From NCBI GenBank assembly GCA_963825135.1, contig CAWGRW010000009.1:1088001-1152000 (forward strand): a stretch of DNA of 64,000 bases, written 5' to 3'. Positions 56,672 to 64,000 of the stretch are shown here, in pieces. Position numbers and translations under genes: made by a program. This DNA comes from an uncultured bacterium (GTDB taxonomy: Bacteria; Desulfobacterota_D; UBA1144; Nemesobacterales; UBA2774). Position 1 is the first letter of the stretch. Every line of letters starts with the position of its first letter. The notes beneath the pieces were generated by a model. That model searched no databases. It saw only the letters and a list, made by a program, of their open reading frames with translations, and had not been told where the DNA came from.

Positions 56672-56882
56672 ATCTCACCTCCGAAAATGTAATAGTGGAT
56701 CGAAGCGGATTCGGTATCGCCGTGCCGCGGGAAACGCGCCTGAGTCCGGGGGTGGATGCGGTCCGTTATATATCGGACCGGATGTTTATAGCCCTGACTT
56801 ATAAGTGAGGACTAGATGCCGGATTTACACAAATTAGTATGCTGAGAATGCGCCTCGCGGGCACGGTGTAACGACTATCGGC

Positions 56883-57221
56883 TCAGATCGCCGGAGGGGA
56901 GCGGGAAGGCTTGTTTCGTATTAAAAGCGGATAAGGTGTTGAGTGTTCTGTTTCGTTGAATGAAATGGATCGCCCCGCGTCTATGAGGCTGAACACGGTT
57001 TGCGGATCGGTGAGCTTTATATTCCCGTGCAGGAGACACGCGGAGCACCCTTCGACGGAATGGCCCGCTCCCTGTGCGGCGCCCGAAATCTGTACGAGAG
57101 AGTGGGGGCTAAAGCTTATCCTGTGGCTGTGGATGCTGATCGAAAAAACGAAGAGCACGCCCAGAAGCGGCACTAGAAATTTTGATGCCCTGCTTTTGTA
57201 AACGGCTCTTGACGTATTCAT
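56883..57221 (-). CDS. DUF2946-like (CruR-type) small protein with CxxC and C-terminal RSPP
   Basis: TM helix then HSH, GHSVEGCSACLLH, ends NKPSRSPPAI; ATG overlaps the cbiO stop (TGATG). Confidence 0.75.
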   Translation of the reverse strand: MNTSRAVYKSRASKFLVPLLGVLFVFSISIHSHRISFSPHSLVQISGAAQGAGHSVEGCSACLLHGNIKLTDPQTVFSLIDAGRSISFNETEHSTPYPLLIRNKPSRSPPAI

Positions 57222-58075
57222 CAGGGACCCTTCTTGTCTTTCGATAATACCACTGCGTTCGCTATAGTACAAGCGGCTTCCTCGACTGTGAGGGAGATAT
57301 CCATTTCGACCCCTTGTTTCTTAAGCGCCGAGAATAGCTCTCCCAGTATCGGGGGCTCGATATGACATTTGGTAAGGGCTTCGACCCGGGAGAAAATTTC
57401 CTTGGGCGTCCCCTTACCGACGATATTCCCCCCCTCGGCAATTAGATATACCGTGTCCGCGATCAGAGGGACCGTATTCATATTGTGTGTCGATAGAATT
57501 ATTGCCGTGCCGTTTTCCCTGTTCACCCTGTTCAAGAGCTTGATAAGCTCAGTCCTGCATGCGGGGTCGATGTGCTCGAAGGGCTCGTCCAGTATGAGGA
57601 GCTCCGGCTTGATTACTAGAGCGCCGGCGAGCCCGACCTTGGTTTTTTCACCCCCGCTCAGGTAATGCGGGACTTTATCTTTCAAATGCTCAATTTCAAG
57701 CTTTTTCAGAATATCGTCCACGAGCGCTGCGGTCTCTTCTTCCTTATAGCCGTAATTCCTCGGCGAGAAGGATACGTCGTCCCATACCCTTGGCGCTATT
57801 ATCTGAAGGTCTACGTTCTGGAGCAAAGCCCCAATCCTCTCTCTTATCTTCTCGTACTCTTTAGAAGGGTCGACACCCAGTACCTCTATCTCGCCCCCGG
57901 AGGGCTTGAGCAGCCCCAAGAGCAGGGATAGAAGCGTGGATTTCCCGCTTCCGTTGGGCCCGAGCATGACGACGCGCTCTCCTCTTCCGACGGTAAAGTC
58001 CTTCCCTTCGAAATCGAGAGTCGTCCCGTCCGGGTATTTAAATTTGAGATTTCTGACCTTTACTATTTCTTCCAA
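57221..58075 (-). CDS. cbiO: ECF transporter ATPase (CbiO-like)
   Basis: F.YPDGT, GPNGSGKST, Q..D.Q, V..DV.F.P.N, LSGGEK, LDEP, THN. Confidence 0.9.
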   Translation of the reverse strand: MEEIVKVRNLKFKYPDGTTLDFEGKDFTVGRGERVVMLGPNGSGKSTLLSLLLGLLKPSGGEIEVLGVDPSKEYEKIRERIGALLQNVDLQIIAPRVWDDVSFSPRNYGYKEEETAALVDDILKKLEIEHLKDKVPHYLSGGEKTKVGLAGALVIKPELLILDEPFEHIDPACRTELIKLLNRVNRENGTAIILSTHNMNTVPLIADTVYLIAEGGNIVGKGTPKEIFSRVEALTKCHIEPPILGELFSALKKQGVEMDISLTVEEAACTIANAVVLSKDKKGP

Positions 58076-58887
58076 GCTCTCCCCCGTGCGTTCGGAAGAA
58101 CGGCGTATGCGGCGGAAACGATGAGCGCGGCCAGGGAAAGGGCGAGTACGCAGCCGTCATATGCCGATAGCTCCCCGTCCTTCCTTGCCAAGAGCGCGGC
58201 TCCGAAAATTAAAGCGCCGATGACGAGGGCCGTAAAATCGTTCGCGCCCGATTTTTCGCTCCTCTCTCCGCCCGACAACCTTCCGCTATATCCCCTTACG
58301 TTCAGCACCCCGTAGAACTTTTCCGAGAGGTCGAGCCCCCTCACGAGCATGAGGCCGATTCCGGACGAGAAATTAACGACGTTTTTGATATATCTCCCGC
58401 GCGTTAGCCCGCCCCTTACCCGGAGTCCCTTGACGAGGTTATCGGCAAGCTCTAGGAGTATGAATAGAGACCTGTAAGTCAGGAAGAGCCCCTCCGTGAT
58501 GATTCCCGGCAGGACGGGACCGATCGACGAGAAGACGTCGGGATAAGGTGTAGTGACGATAAGTATGACCATGGCGAGAGCCGCGCAGAGGGCCTTGAGC
58601 ACTATAACCCCCGCGCTCACCCAGCTCCCGTTCCAGCTTGCGGCTGCGAATATGAGAGCGAATATCGCGGGGTATGCGGCGATCGTGACTATCTTCAATA
58701 CGGGGAGCCTCGTCCATATGAGCAGTGATAAAAGCGACACGTAAATCGCGAGCAATATGTAGAAATCGCCTGAGATTACTACGGATGCTATAACGAGCCC
58801 GGCGAATATAATTTTCGAGAGAGCGCGTGCCCCGTGAAGAAAGCTCGCGCCGTGGTTTGCGTAATAATCGATTGCCGAAACGTCCAT
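58063..58887 (-). CDS. cbiQ: ECF transporter T component (CbiQ-like)
   Basis: S.LH....K, TTP, YR..F, two R.RG motifs (RVRG, NVRG). Confidence 0.85.
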   Translation of the reverse strand: MDVSAIDYYANHGASFLHGARALSKIIFAGLVIASVVISGDFYILLAIYVSLLSLLIWTRLPVLKIVTIAAYPAIFALIFAAASWNGSWVSAGVIVLKALCAALAMVILIVTTPYPDVFSSIGPVLPGIITEGLFLTYRSLFILLELADNLVKGLRVRGGLTRGRYIKNVVNFSSGIGLMLVRGLDLSEKFYGVLNVRGYSGRLSGGERSEKSGANDFTALVIGALIFGAALLARKDGELSAYDGCVLALSLAALIVSAAYAVLPNARGRAWKK

Positions 58888-58897
58888 GATAAAACCC

Positions 58898-59608
58898 CTA
58901 CCCCCGCCCCGGCAGAATCAGGTCCGGCCTGACCCGGAATACATATTTGAGGACGAAACCCGTTATTGCCGATTCGAGGATCCATCCCAGGGGGCTCAGT
59001 ATGAAGACCGTCTTCGCGAACCTGGCAAAGTTAATTCCGGCTGCCGGGATTTGGAGCACATTCGTATTGGTGCCGGCTCCGGAAACCAAATGACCGATAC
59101 TCTCGATATTTCCCGGGCTGACGTGAGATATATAAATGACTCCCAGCATCAGAGAAGTGCTTAGAAAAAGGCTCAGGAGCGCGGCGAGAGAGGATTCCCA
59201 GAACATGGATTTATTCCCCATAAGCTCCTTGAACAATTGAAATAAATAATAACCCAGCACGGCTTCCGCCCCTATAATTACGGTATTCAGTCCAACCACG
59301 GTCACGCCTCCGTGCCCGAACATCGATATTATAAGGTCCACTATGAATACCGAAATAAACGCCAGGGCCGGCCCGAGTACGATGCCCGCCAGCACTGTGA
59401 GGTTGACATGGTATCCGATAGGTACGATCTCGAGGGTCATGCCGACTATCATAAGCGCCGAGATAATGCCTATTAACGGTATCTTGCGTTTGAGATCTAC
59501 GCTTCCGACCCTCCGTATGCAGAAGGCCAGTATCAGGGCTGTCGCTATCCAGCCCGCCGTTACGATCCAGACGGGGAGCACCCCGTCTGGTATGTGAATG
59601 TGAGACAT
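58898..59608 (-). CDS. cbiM: ECF transporter S component (CbiM/NikM family)
   Basis: HIPDG.L, H.N...L.G..LGP, GHGG.T..G.N, E..IT. Confidence 0.88.
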   Translation of the reverse strand: MSHIHIPDGVLPVWIVTAGWIATALILAFCIRRVGSVDLKRKIPLIGIISALMIVGMTLEIVPIGYHVNLTVLAGIVLGPALAFISVFIVDLIISMFGHGGVTVVGLNTVIIGAEAVLGYYLFQLFKELMGNKSMFWESSLAALLSLFLSTSLMLGVIYISHVSPGNIESIGHLVSGAGTNTNVLQIPAAGINFARFAKTVFILSPLGWILESAITGFVLKYVFRVRPDLILPGRG

Positions 59609-59624
59609 ATGATTATTCCTTTTC

Positions 59625-60068
59625 TCAGGTCTGGCATTCCCTGCATTTCCCGAAGAGCTGAAGGAAATGGTTTTGAATGACGATGCCCGTATCCTGCGTT
59701 AGTTTCTGAGATAGCTCGTTAAGCGGACAATCCGCGAATTCGATGACCTTGCTGCACTCGGTGCAGACTATCGGGTGCATGTGCCCCTCGGGCGCGACGG
59801 CGTAGCTGTGGCACCCGTCCTCGAGGTGCACCTTCACAATGAGATTTAGCTCTTCCAGCGTTTCGAGCGCCCTGTACACAGTCGCGAGCCCTGTTCCGGG
59901 AAGGAGCTCCTTCACCTTCCTGTCGAGCATGTTTATCGACAGGTAAGACCCGCTGTCCTTGAGCACCTTCAGCACGGCCAGCCTCTGGGGCGTGCATTTG
60001 AGCCTTTTTGCGTGAAAAACGGCCCTGAGTTCTTCCGAATCTTGAGCCCCGCCTGATTTTGCTTTCAT
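59625..60068 (-). CDS. Fur-family transcriptional regulator (probably Zur)
   Basis: TPQR.A.L, GLATVYR.L..L, H.H..CTEC, G.CREC; heads the metal uptake operon. Confidence 0.92.
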   Translation of the reverse strand: MKAKSGGAQDSEELRAVFHAKRLKCTPQRLAVLKVLKDSGSYLSINMLDRKVKELLPGTGLATVYRALETLEELNLIVKVHLEDGCHSYAVAPEGHMHPIVCTECSKVIEFADCPLNELSQKLTQDTGIVIQNHFLQLFGKCRECQT

Positions 60069-60096
60069 TATTATCGCCCTTGACTATATTTTATCG

Positions 60097-60119
60097 CAAT
60101 TGAGAAATATTCTCAATTG
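60097..60119. promoter_or_regulatory. Fur/Zur-type operator palindrome
   Basis: Perfect 10-3-10 inverted repeat CAATTGAGAA-ATA-TTCTCAATTG overlapping the -10 box; its core resembles the 7-1-7 TGA.AATnATT.TCA motif. Confidence 0.8.
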
Positions 60120-60144
60120 TATGCTAGTAAGTATAGACTGTCAA
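60116..60144 (-). promoter_or_regulatory. Sigma70 promoter of the fur-cbiMQO-znu operon
   Basis: TTGACA (60144-60139), 17-nt spacer, TACAAT (60121-60116). Confidence 0.82.
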
Positions 60145-60409
60145 ATTGAGTATTTGGATTCGGCAATGGCTCATTACGCGCCTACTCCGGCAATCAGAAT
60201 TCTAATGGAGCCCCGGACATACATTTTGGGTAGCGCAAAAAAATAAATTAGGATATTAGTGCAACTTATGATATTAGGGTATAATAATCGCATCTACTAA
60301 CGCGAGAAAAAACTTAGTCAATTAATCAACAATTTCAAAAACAGTTCTTGATGCTTGATTGGGTCAAATTCCCAAATAGGAGAAATGTAATAACGGAGAG
60401 GATTACTAT

Positions 60410-61993
60410 ATGAAATCATTTGAAAGTTTTGGTTTGTCGGAAAGGACGCTCGACGTCCTTACCAAAAAGGGCTATGAAATGCCGACCAAGATCCAGGAGC
60501 TGGTTATTCCGGTCGTAATGGAGGGGGACGACGATATAGTCGCCCAGGCCCAGACCGGTACGGGCAAGACTGCGGCGTTCGGAATTCCCCTTATCGAGCT
60601 GCTTCCGGAAAAATCGAGGACGGTGCAGGCGCTGGTCCTCACTCCTACGAGGGAGCTCGCCATACAGGTAGCCGAAGAGATCAATTCACTAAAAGGGTGG
60701 AAGGAGCTCACCATTATTCCTGTTTACGGCGGGCAGTCGATGGGCTTGCAGTTAAGGAGCCTTCGGAAGGGTGTTGACGTCGTCGTGGGCACGCCGGGCA
60801 GGATACTCGACCACCTCCGGAGCGGGACGCTCAAGCTCGATAACATCTCTTACCTCGTTCTCGACGAGGCCGACGAGATGCTCGATATGGGATTCATCGA
60901 TGACGTCCGGGAGATAATGGGATACTCCGGACCCAACAAGCGCACGATGCTTTTTTCGGCGACCATGCCTCACGAGGTCATTCAAATCGCCAAGAAACAT
61001 ATGCGTACATACGAGACGCTCAAGGTCGAGCAGGAACAGCTTACGGTGAGCCAGACGGACCAGATATATTTCGAGGTCGCGGCCTCCGATAAGTTCGAGG
61101 CCCTTTGCAGGATCATAGACGTAGAAGAGGATTTCTACGCTCTCATCTTTTGCAGAACTAAAGTGGACGCCGACAAGGTGGCCGGAAAGCTGATGAAGCG
61201 CGGCTATGATGCGGACGCGCTCCACGGCGATATGTCGCAGAACCAGAGAGAGAGGACGCTTAACAAGTTTAAGAACCGCCAGCTCAATATACTCGTGGCT
61301 ACGGACGTCGCCGCGAGGGGCATAGACGTCCAGAACCTTACCCATGTTATAAACTACGCCCTGCCTCAGGACTCGAAGTCTTACGTACACAGGGTCGGCA
61401 GAACCGGGCGCGCCGGAAAGGAAGGCAACGCGATCACCTTTATCACCCCGGAAGAATATAGAAAGCTTAAATTTATCAGCCGGGAAACGAAAACGGATAT
61501 CAGGAAGGCGAAGCTCCCTCAGGTCAAGGACGTCATAGAGACCAGGAAGAAGCGGGTCAAGGCGGAGATCGAGAATTTATTCAACTCCCGTCCGGGGCCG
61601 GAGTATTACGAGCTGTCGAAGGAACTCGTGGAAAATAAGGACCCTCTGGAAATAATAGCTTCTCTCCTTCAACACACTTTCAGGGAAGAGCTCGACGAGA
61701 AGAATTACACGGAGATAGGAGACGGGGTTGTCGACCTGAAGGGCAAAACCAGGCTCTTCGTAACAAAAGGCAAACAGGACAAGCTCACCCCGAAGAAGCT
61801 GGTGGATTTCATAAGGAACAAATGCAGCATTAAGAGTGAAAAAATTAACGACATCAAAATTCACGATAAATTCTCTTTCGTAACCCTGCCGTTCCATGAA
61901 GCCGAGCAGCTGTTGTCGTATTTCAAAGAAAGGAAAAGGGGCTCGGAGCCTTTTATAATGAAGGCAAAAGAGACGCGGGACCATCACGCCTAA
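60410..61993 (+). CDS. deaD: DEAD-box RNA helicase with C-terminal DbpA-type RNA-binding domain
   Basis: AQTGTGKT, PTRELA, DEAD, SAT, ARGID, HRVGRTGRAG. Confidence 0.93.
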   Translation: MKSFESFGLSERTLDVLTKKGYEMPTKIQELVIPVVMEGDDDIVAQAQTGTGKTAAFGIPLIELLPEKSRTVQALVLTPTRELAIQVAEEINSLKGWKELTIIPVYGGQSMGLQLRSLRKGVDVVVGTPGRILDHLRSGTLKLDNISYLVLDEADEMLDMGFIDDVREIMGYSGPNKRTMLFSATMPHEVIQIAKKHMRTYETLKVEQEQLTVSQTDQIYFEVAASDKFEALCRIIDVEEDFYALIFCRTKVDADKVAGKLMKRGYDADALHGDMSQNQRERTLNKFKNRQLNILVATDVAARGIDVQNLTHVINYALPQDSKSYVHRVGRTGRAGKEGNAITFITPEEYRKLKFISRETKTDIRKAKLPQVKDVIETRKKRVKAEIENLFNSRPGPEYYELSKELVENKDPLEIIASLLQHTFREELDEKNYTEIGDGVVDLKGKTRLFVTKGKQDKLTPKKLVDFIRNKCSIKSEKINDIKIHDKFSFVTLPFHEAEQLLSYFKERKRGSEPFIMKAKETRDHHA

Positions 61994-61999
61994 CCTTCT

Positions 62000-62623
62000 T
62001 TAGAAGGAGGTTAAATTCAGGCCCGGCTGGCCGACGTCCTTAACCATGAGGAGCGCGTAGCCGGTGTGGCGGATGAGCGCGTGCGGGACTATTTTCTCCC
62101 GCATTATTTCATAAAACCCGTGACGCTCGTAGAGTCTTTTCGCTCCCTCGTTTTGCTCGAACACTATGAGGCTTAATTGAGGAAGGCCGTATTCGAGGGC
62201 CTTTCCGGCGGCCAGATCCAGAAACTTATTCCCTAGCCCCTTGCCTCTATACTCGGGGAAGACCGCGACCCCCATGATGTAGCAGCTATTGTCTTTCTCC
62301 AATATTGTATAGGGCTTGAGGACAGGGTCTCTTTCGGCAGCCGTGCCCGGATTCTCGGGCAGATGCATGGGGAACGCGACGAGCATCCCTATGATCTCGC
62401 CTCCATACTCGGCGACCAGACAGTTTTTATAGCTGAAAATAAGGTCTTCGTTTGAGTACCGTTTTTCGCCCACGTCGAGAATATCCTCTCCCGGCCCGGC
62501 AAGCTTCGTCCATATGTAGTCTGCCAATCCGTCTGAGGAGATGCTGTAGAGCCGCGCGATAGTCCGGCACTCGTCCTTTTTAGCGGGGCGGAATGTTACT
62601 CCGTCAGAAAAACTTCGGTTCAT
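62000..62623 (-). CDS. GNAT family N-acetyltransferase
   Basis: VAV.PEYRGKGLG, N..A.RLYER.GF. Confidence 0.9.
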   Translation of the reverse strand: MNRSFSDGVTFRPAKKDECRTIARLYSISSDGLADYIWTKLAGPGEDILDVGEKRYSNEDLIFSYKNCLVAEYGGEIIGMLVAFPMHLPENPGTAAERDPVLKPYTILEKDNSCYIMGVAVFPEYRGKGLGNKFLDLAAGKALEYGLPQLSLIVFEQNEGAKRLYERHGFYEIMREKIVPHALIRHTGYALLMVKDVGQPGLNLTSF

Positions 62624-63204
62624 TATTTATTCCGGGAGATACTCCTTAATTCTTTATGCCTGAAACACTCGGTTGTATGGTCGTTCACCATGCCTGCAGC
62701 CTGCATATAGGCGTAGCAAATCGTCGAGCCGACAAAGTTGAAACCTCTTTTCTTCATGTCCTTGCTCATTGCGTCCGACTCGGGCGTCTTCGCGGGAAGC
62801 TCCTTCAGGGACTTCCACGAGTTGTGTATGGTGCTTCCACTTACGAACTGCCATATGTACTTATCGAAAGTCCCGAATTCCTTTCTGACCTCCAGGAACG
62901 CCTTCGCGTTCTTTATCGCGGAGCCCACTTTGAGTCTGTTCCTGATAATCCCCGGGTTATTCAGAAGCTCCTTAATTTTTTTGTCGTCATAAAGCGCTAC
63001 TTTCCGGTAATCGAAATTGTCGAACGCTTTTCGGTAGGCCTCCCTTTTTTTGAGGACCGTCTGCCAGCTCAGCCCCGCCTGCGCCCCGTCGAGCACTATC
63101 ATCTCGAAATGCTTCCGCTCGTCGTGAACCGGCACGCCCCATTCGTTGTCGTGATAATCGATCATCAAGGGGTCGGAGATTGACCACCCGCATCTGTTTG
63201 TCAT
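62623..63204 (-). CDS. tag: DNA-3-methyladenine glycosylase I
   Basis: RC.W, YHD.EWG.P, QAGLSW, IIRNR.K, FVG.TICYA.MQA.GMVNDH...C. Confidence 0.96.
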   Translation of the reverse strand: MTNRCGWSISDPLMIDYHDNEWGVPVHDERKHFEMIVLDGAQAGLSWQTVLKKREAYRKAFDNFDYRKVALYDDKKIKELLNNPGIIRNRLKVGSAIKNAKAFLEVRKEFGTFDKYIWQFVSGSTIHNSWKSLKELPAKTPESDAMSKDMKKRGFNFVGSTICYAYMQAAGMVNDHTTECFRHKELRSISRNK

Positions 63205-63221
63205 TTAAATTCTCCTGATTC

Positions 63222-63587
63222 TCACTCCGGGTCGCGGTTGACCGTTCCGGGAGAGAAAGCGGGGGTGCATACGGCTACGTATTTCGCCCCGCCGGACCGG
63301 GGGGTGCTGTACCTCACCCATTCGCCGGGGTCGGCGACGACGGCCTGCCCCGCTTTGACTTCGAGAGCCCCGCCTTCGTATTCGACTATAAGCGTCCCCT
63401 CCAGAACGAGTGTCACTTCCTGAAACACGGGGCGCTGTCCCGGCTCCTCCCAGCCCTCGGGGGATGTCATGCGCGCGACACTGACGCCCGTATGGCCGGA
63501 GTTAACCCTCCCCGCGAACTCCTCGATCTTTTTAGGCTTATTCCCCGCAGCCTCGACGATAGTCGGTTTTTCGATCAATGTGGGCAT
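63222..63587 (-). CDS. Cupin domain protein
   Basis: GNKPK.I.E..G.VN, GW.EPGQ.P.F.E, VRYSTP, VC.PAFSP. Confidence 0.85.
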   Translation of the reverse strand: MPTLIEKPTIVEAAGNKPKKIEEFAGRVNSGHTGVSVARMTSPEGWEEPGQRPVFQEVTLVLEGTLIVEYEGGALEVKAGQAVVADPGEWVRYSTPRSGGAKYVAVCTPAFSPGTVNRDPE

Positions 63588-63804
63588 CAGGTGCGTCCTC
63601 TCGGTGTCAGTTCTTCAGGCAGTCCATGAAAGATATAGCCACTCTTTACTGAATATAAATAAGATAATCTTCCTTAGCAAGAACGGGCTCTCATATTACG
63701 TCTGTATAAATAAGGTTGTATAACTGCGGGATAAAAATTATTCTTTATATAGGGCCGGAAAATAAAAGCCATGTGAGCGTATCGCTTGATCGAGGAGGTT
63801 CTTC

Positions 63805-64000
63805 ATGTCGAGAAAAATCGTCTCCTTAATGATTTCGTTATTGATTTTCGGTCTTATAAACGTCACCGCCGCGTACCCGAACGGCTCTCCGCAGTGGGTT
63901 ACGGGCGAGGTCGTGTCTATGGTCGGGAAAGAGGACGACGGACTCATCAGCCTGAAGCTTGCCGACGGCGAGCTCTTTAGCATACCCTCCGGGACTTCAC
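63805..64000 (+). CDS. Secreted hypothetical protein (partial, runs off window)
   Basis: SD GAGGAGG, ATG 63805, MSRKIVSLMISLLIFGLINVTAA signal peptide, open to the window end. Confidence 0.7.
   Translation, partial: MSRKIVSLMISLLIFGLINVTAAYPNGSPQWVTGEVVSMVGKEDDGLISLKLADGELFSIPSGTS

Noticed and set aside
60145..60409. AT-rich leader of the DEAD-box helicase as a possible ncRNA or thermosensor
   Set aside because: No convincing stem structure; explained by promoter plus 5' UTR.
1..64000. CRISPR arrays, tRNA/rRNA, transposases, prophage or defence systems
   Set aside because: No regularly spaced repeats, cloverleafs or mobile/defence protein motifs seen by eye; mazG, HIT and the SNase-like gene sit in housekeeping or metal contexts.

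Overview
This is a gene-dense, moderately GC-rich bacterial chromosome segment from a diderm organism. Gene order and codon style loosely suggest a deltaproteobacteria-like lineage, possibly Ca. Dadabacteria, but that is inference only. I saw no rRNA, tRNA, CRISPR array, transposase or phage genes. Housekeeping blocks are aroA-cmk-rpsA-sppA-HIT-lapA-lipA-apgM, fabH, maf-yggS-proC-yggT-yggU, uvrA-uppP, acs, rpmB, deaD and tag. Two co-oriented nutrient-uptake clusters stand out. (1) A cobalamin-riboswitch operon (13774-21190, minus strand): riboswitch, a 19-codon uORF whose SD lies in a hairpin and whose stop overlaps a btuB GTG, BtuB, a BtuG-like beta-propeller lipoprotein, a signal-less Cys-rich BtuF-like protein, then BtuF, BtuD and BtuC. 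(2) An ~11 kb metal cluster (48983-60144, minus strand) behind a TTGACA-17-TACAAT promoter overlapped by a 10-3-10 Fur/Zur-type palindrome. It encodes a Fur-family regulator, a CbiMQO ECF transporter with an atypical MSHIHIPDG N-terminus, a DUF2946-like CxxC/RSPP putative stalling leader, a His-tailed outer-membrane barrel, ZnuACB, a catalytically degenerate thermonuclease lipoprotein, and a Zrg-like ABC/His-rich/DUF3299 module. Other oddities: a metallo-beta-lactamase/beta-CASP protein lacking metal ligands and ending in a clamp-binding-like QLRLF, an AEC transporter apparently starting at ATA/ATT, several leaderless-type promoters, an exported solo TldD, and likely F420-dependent enzymes.
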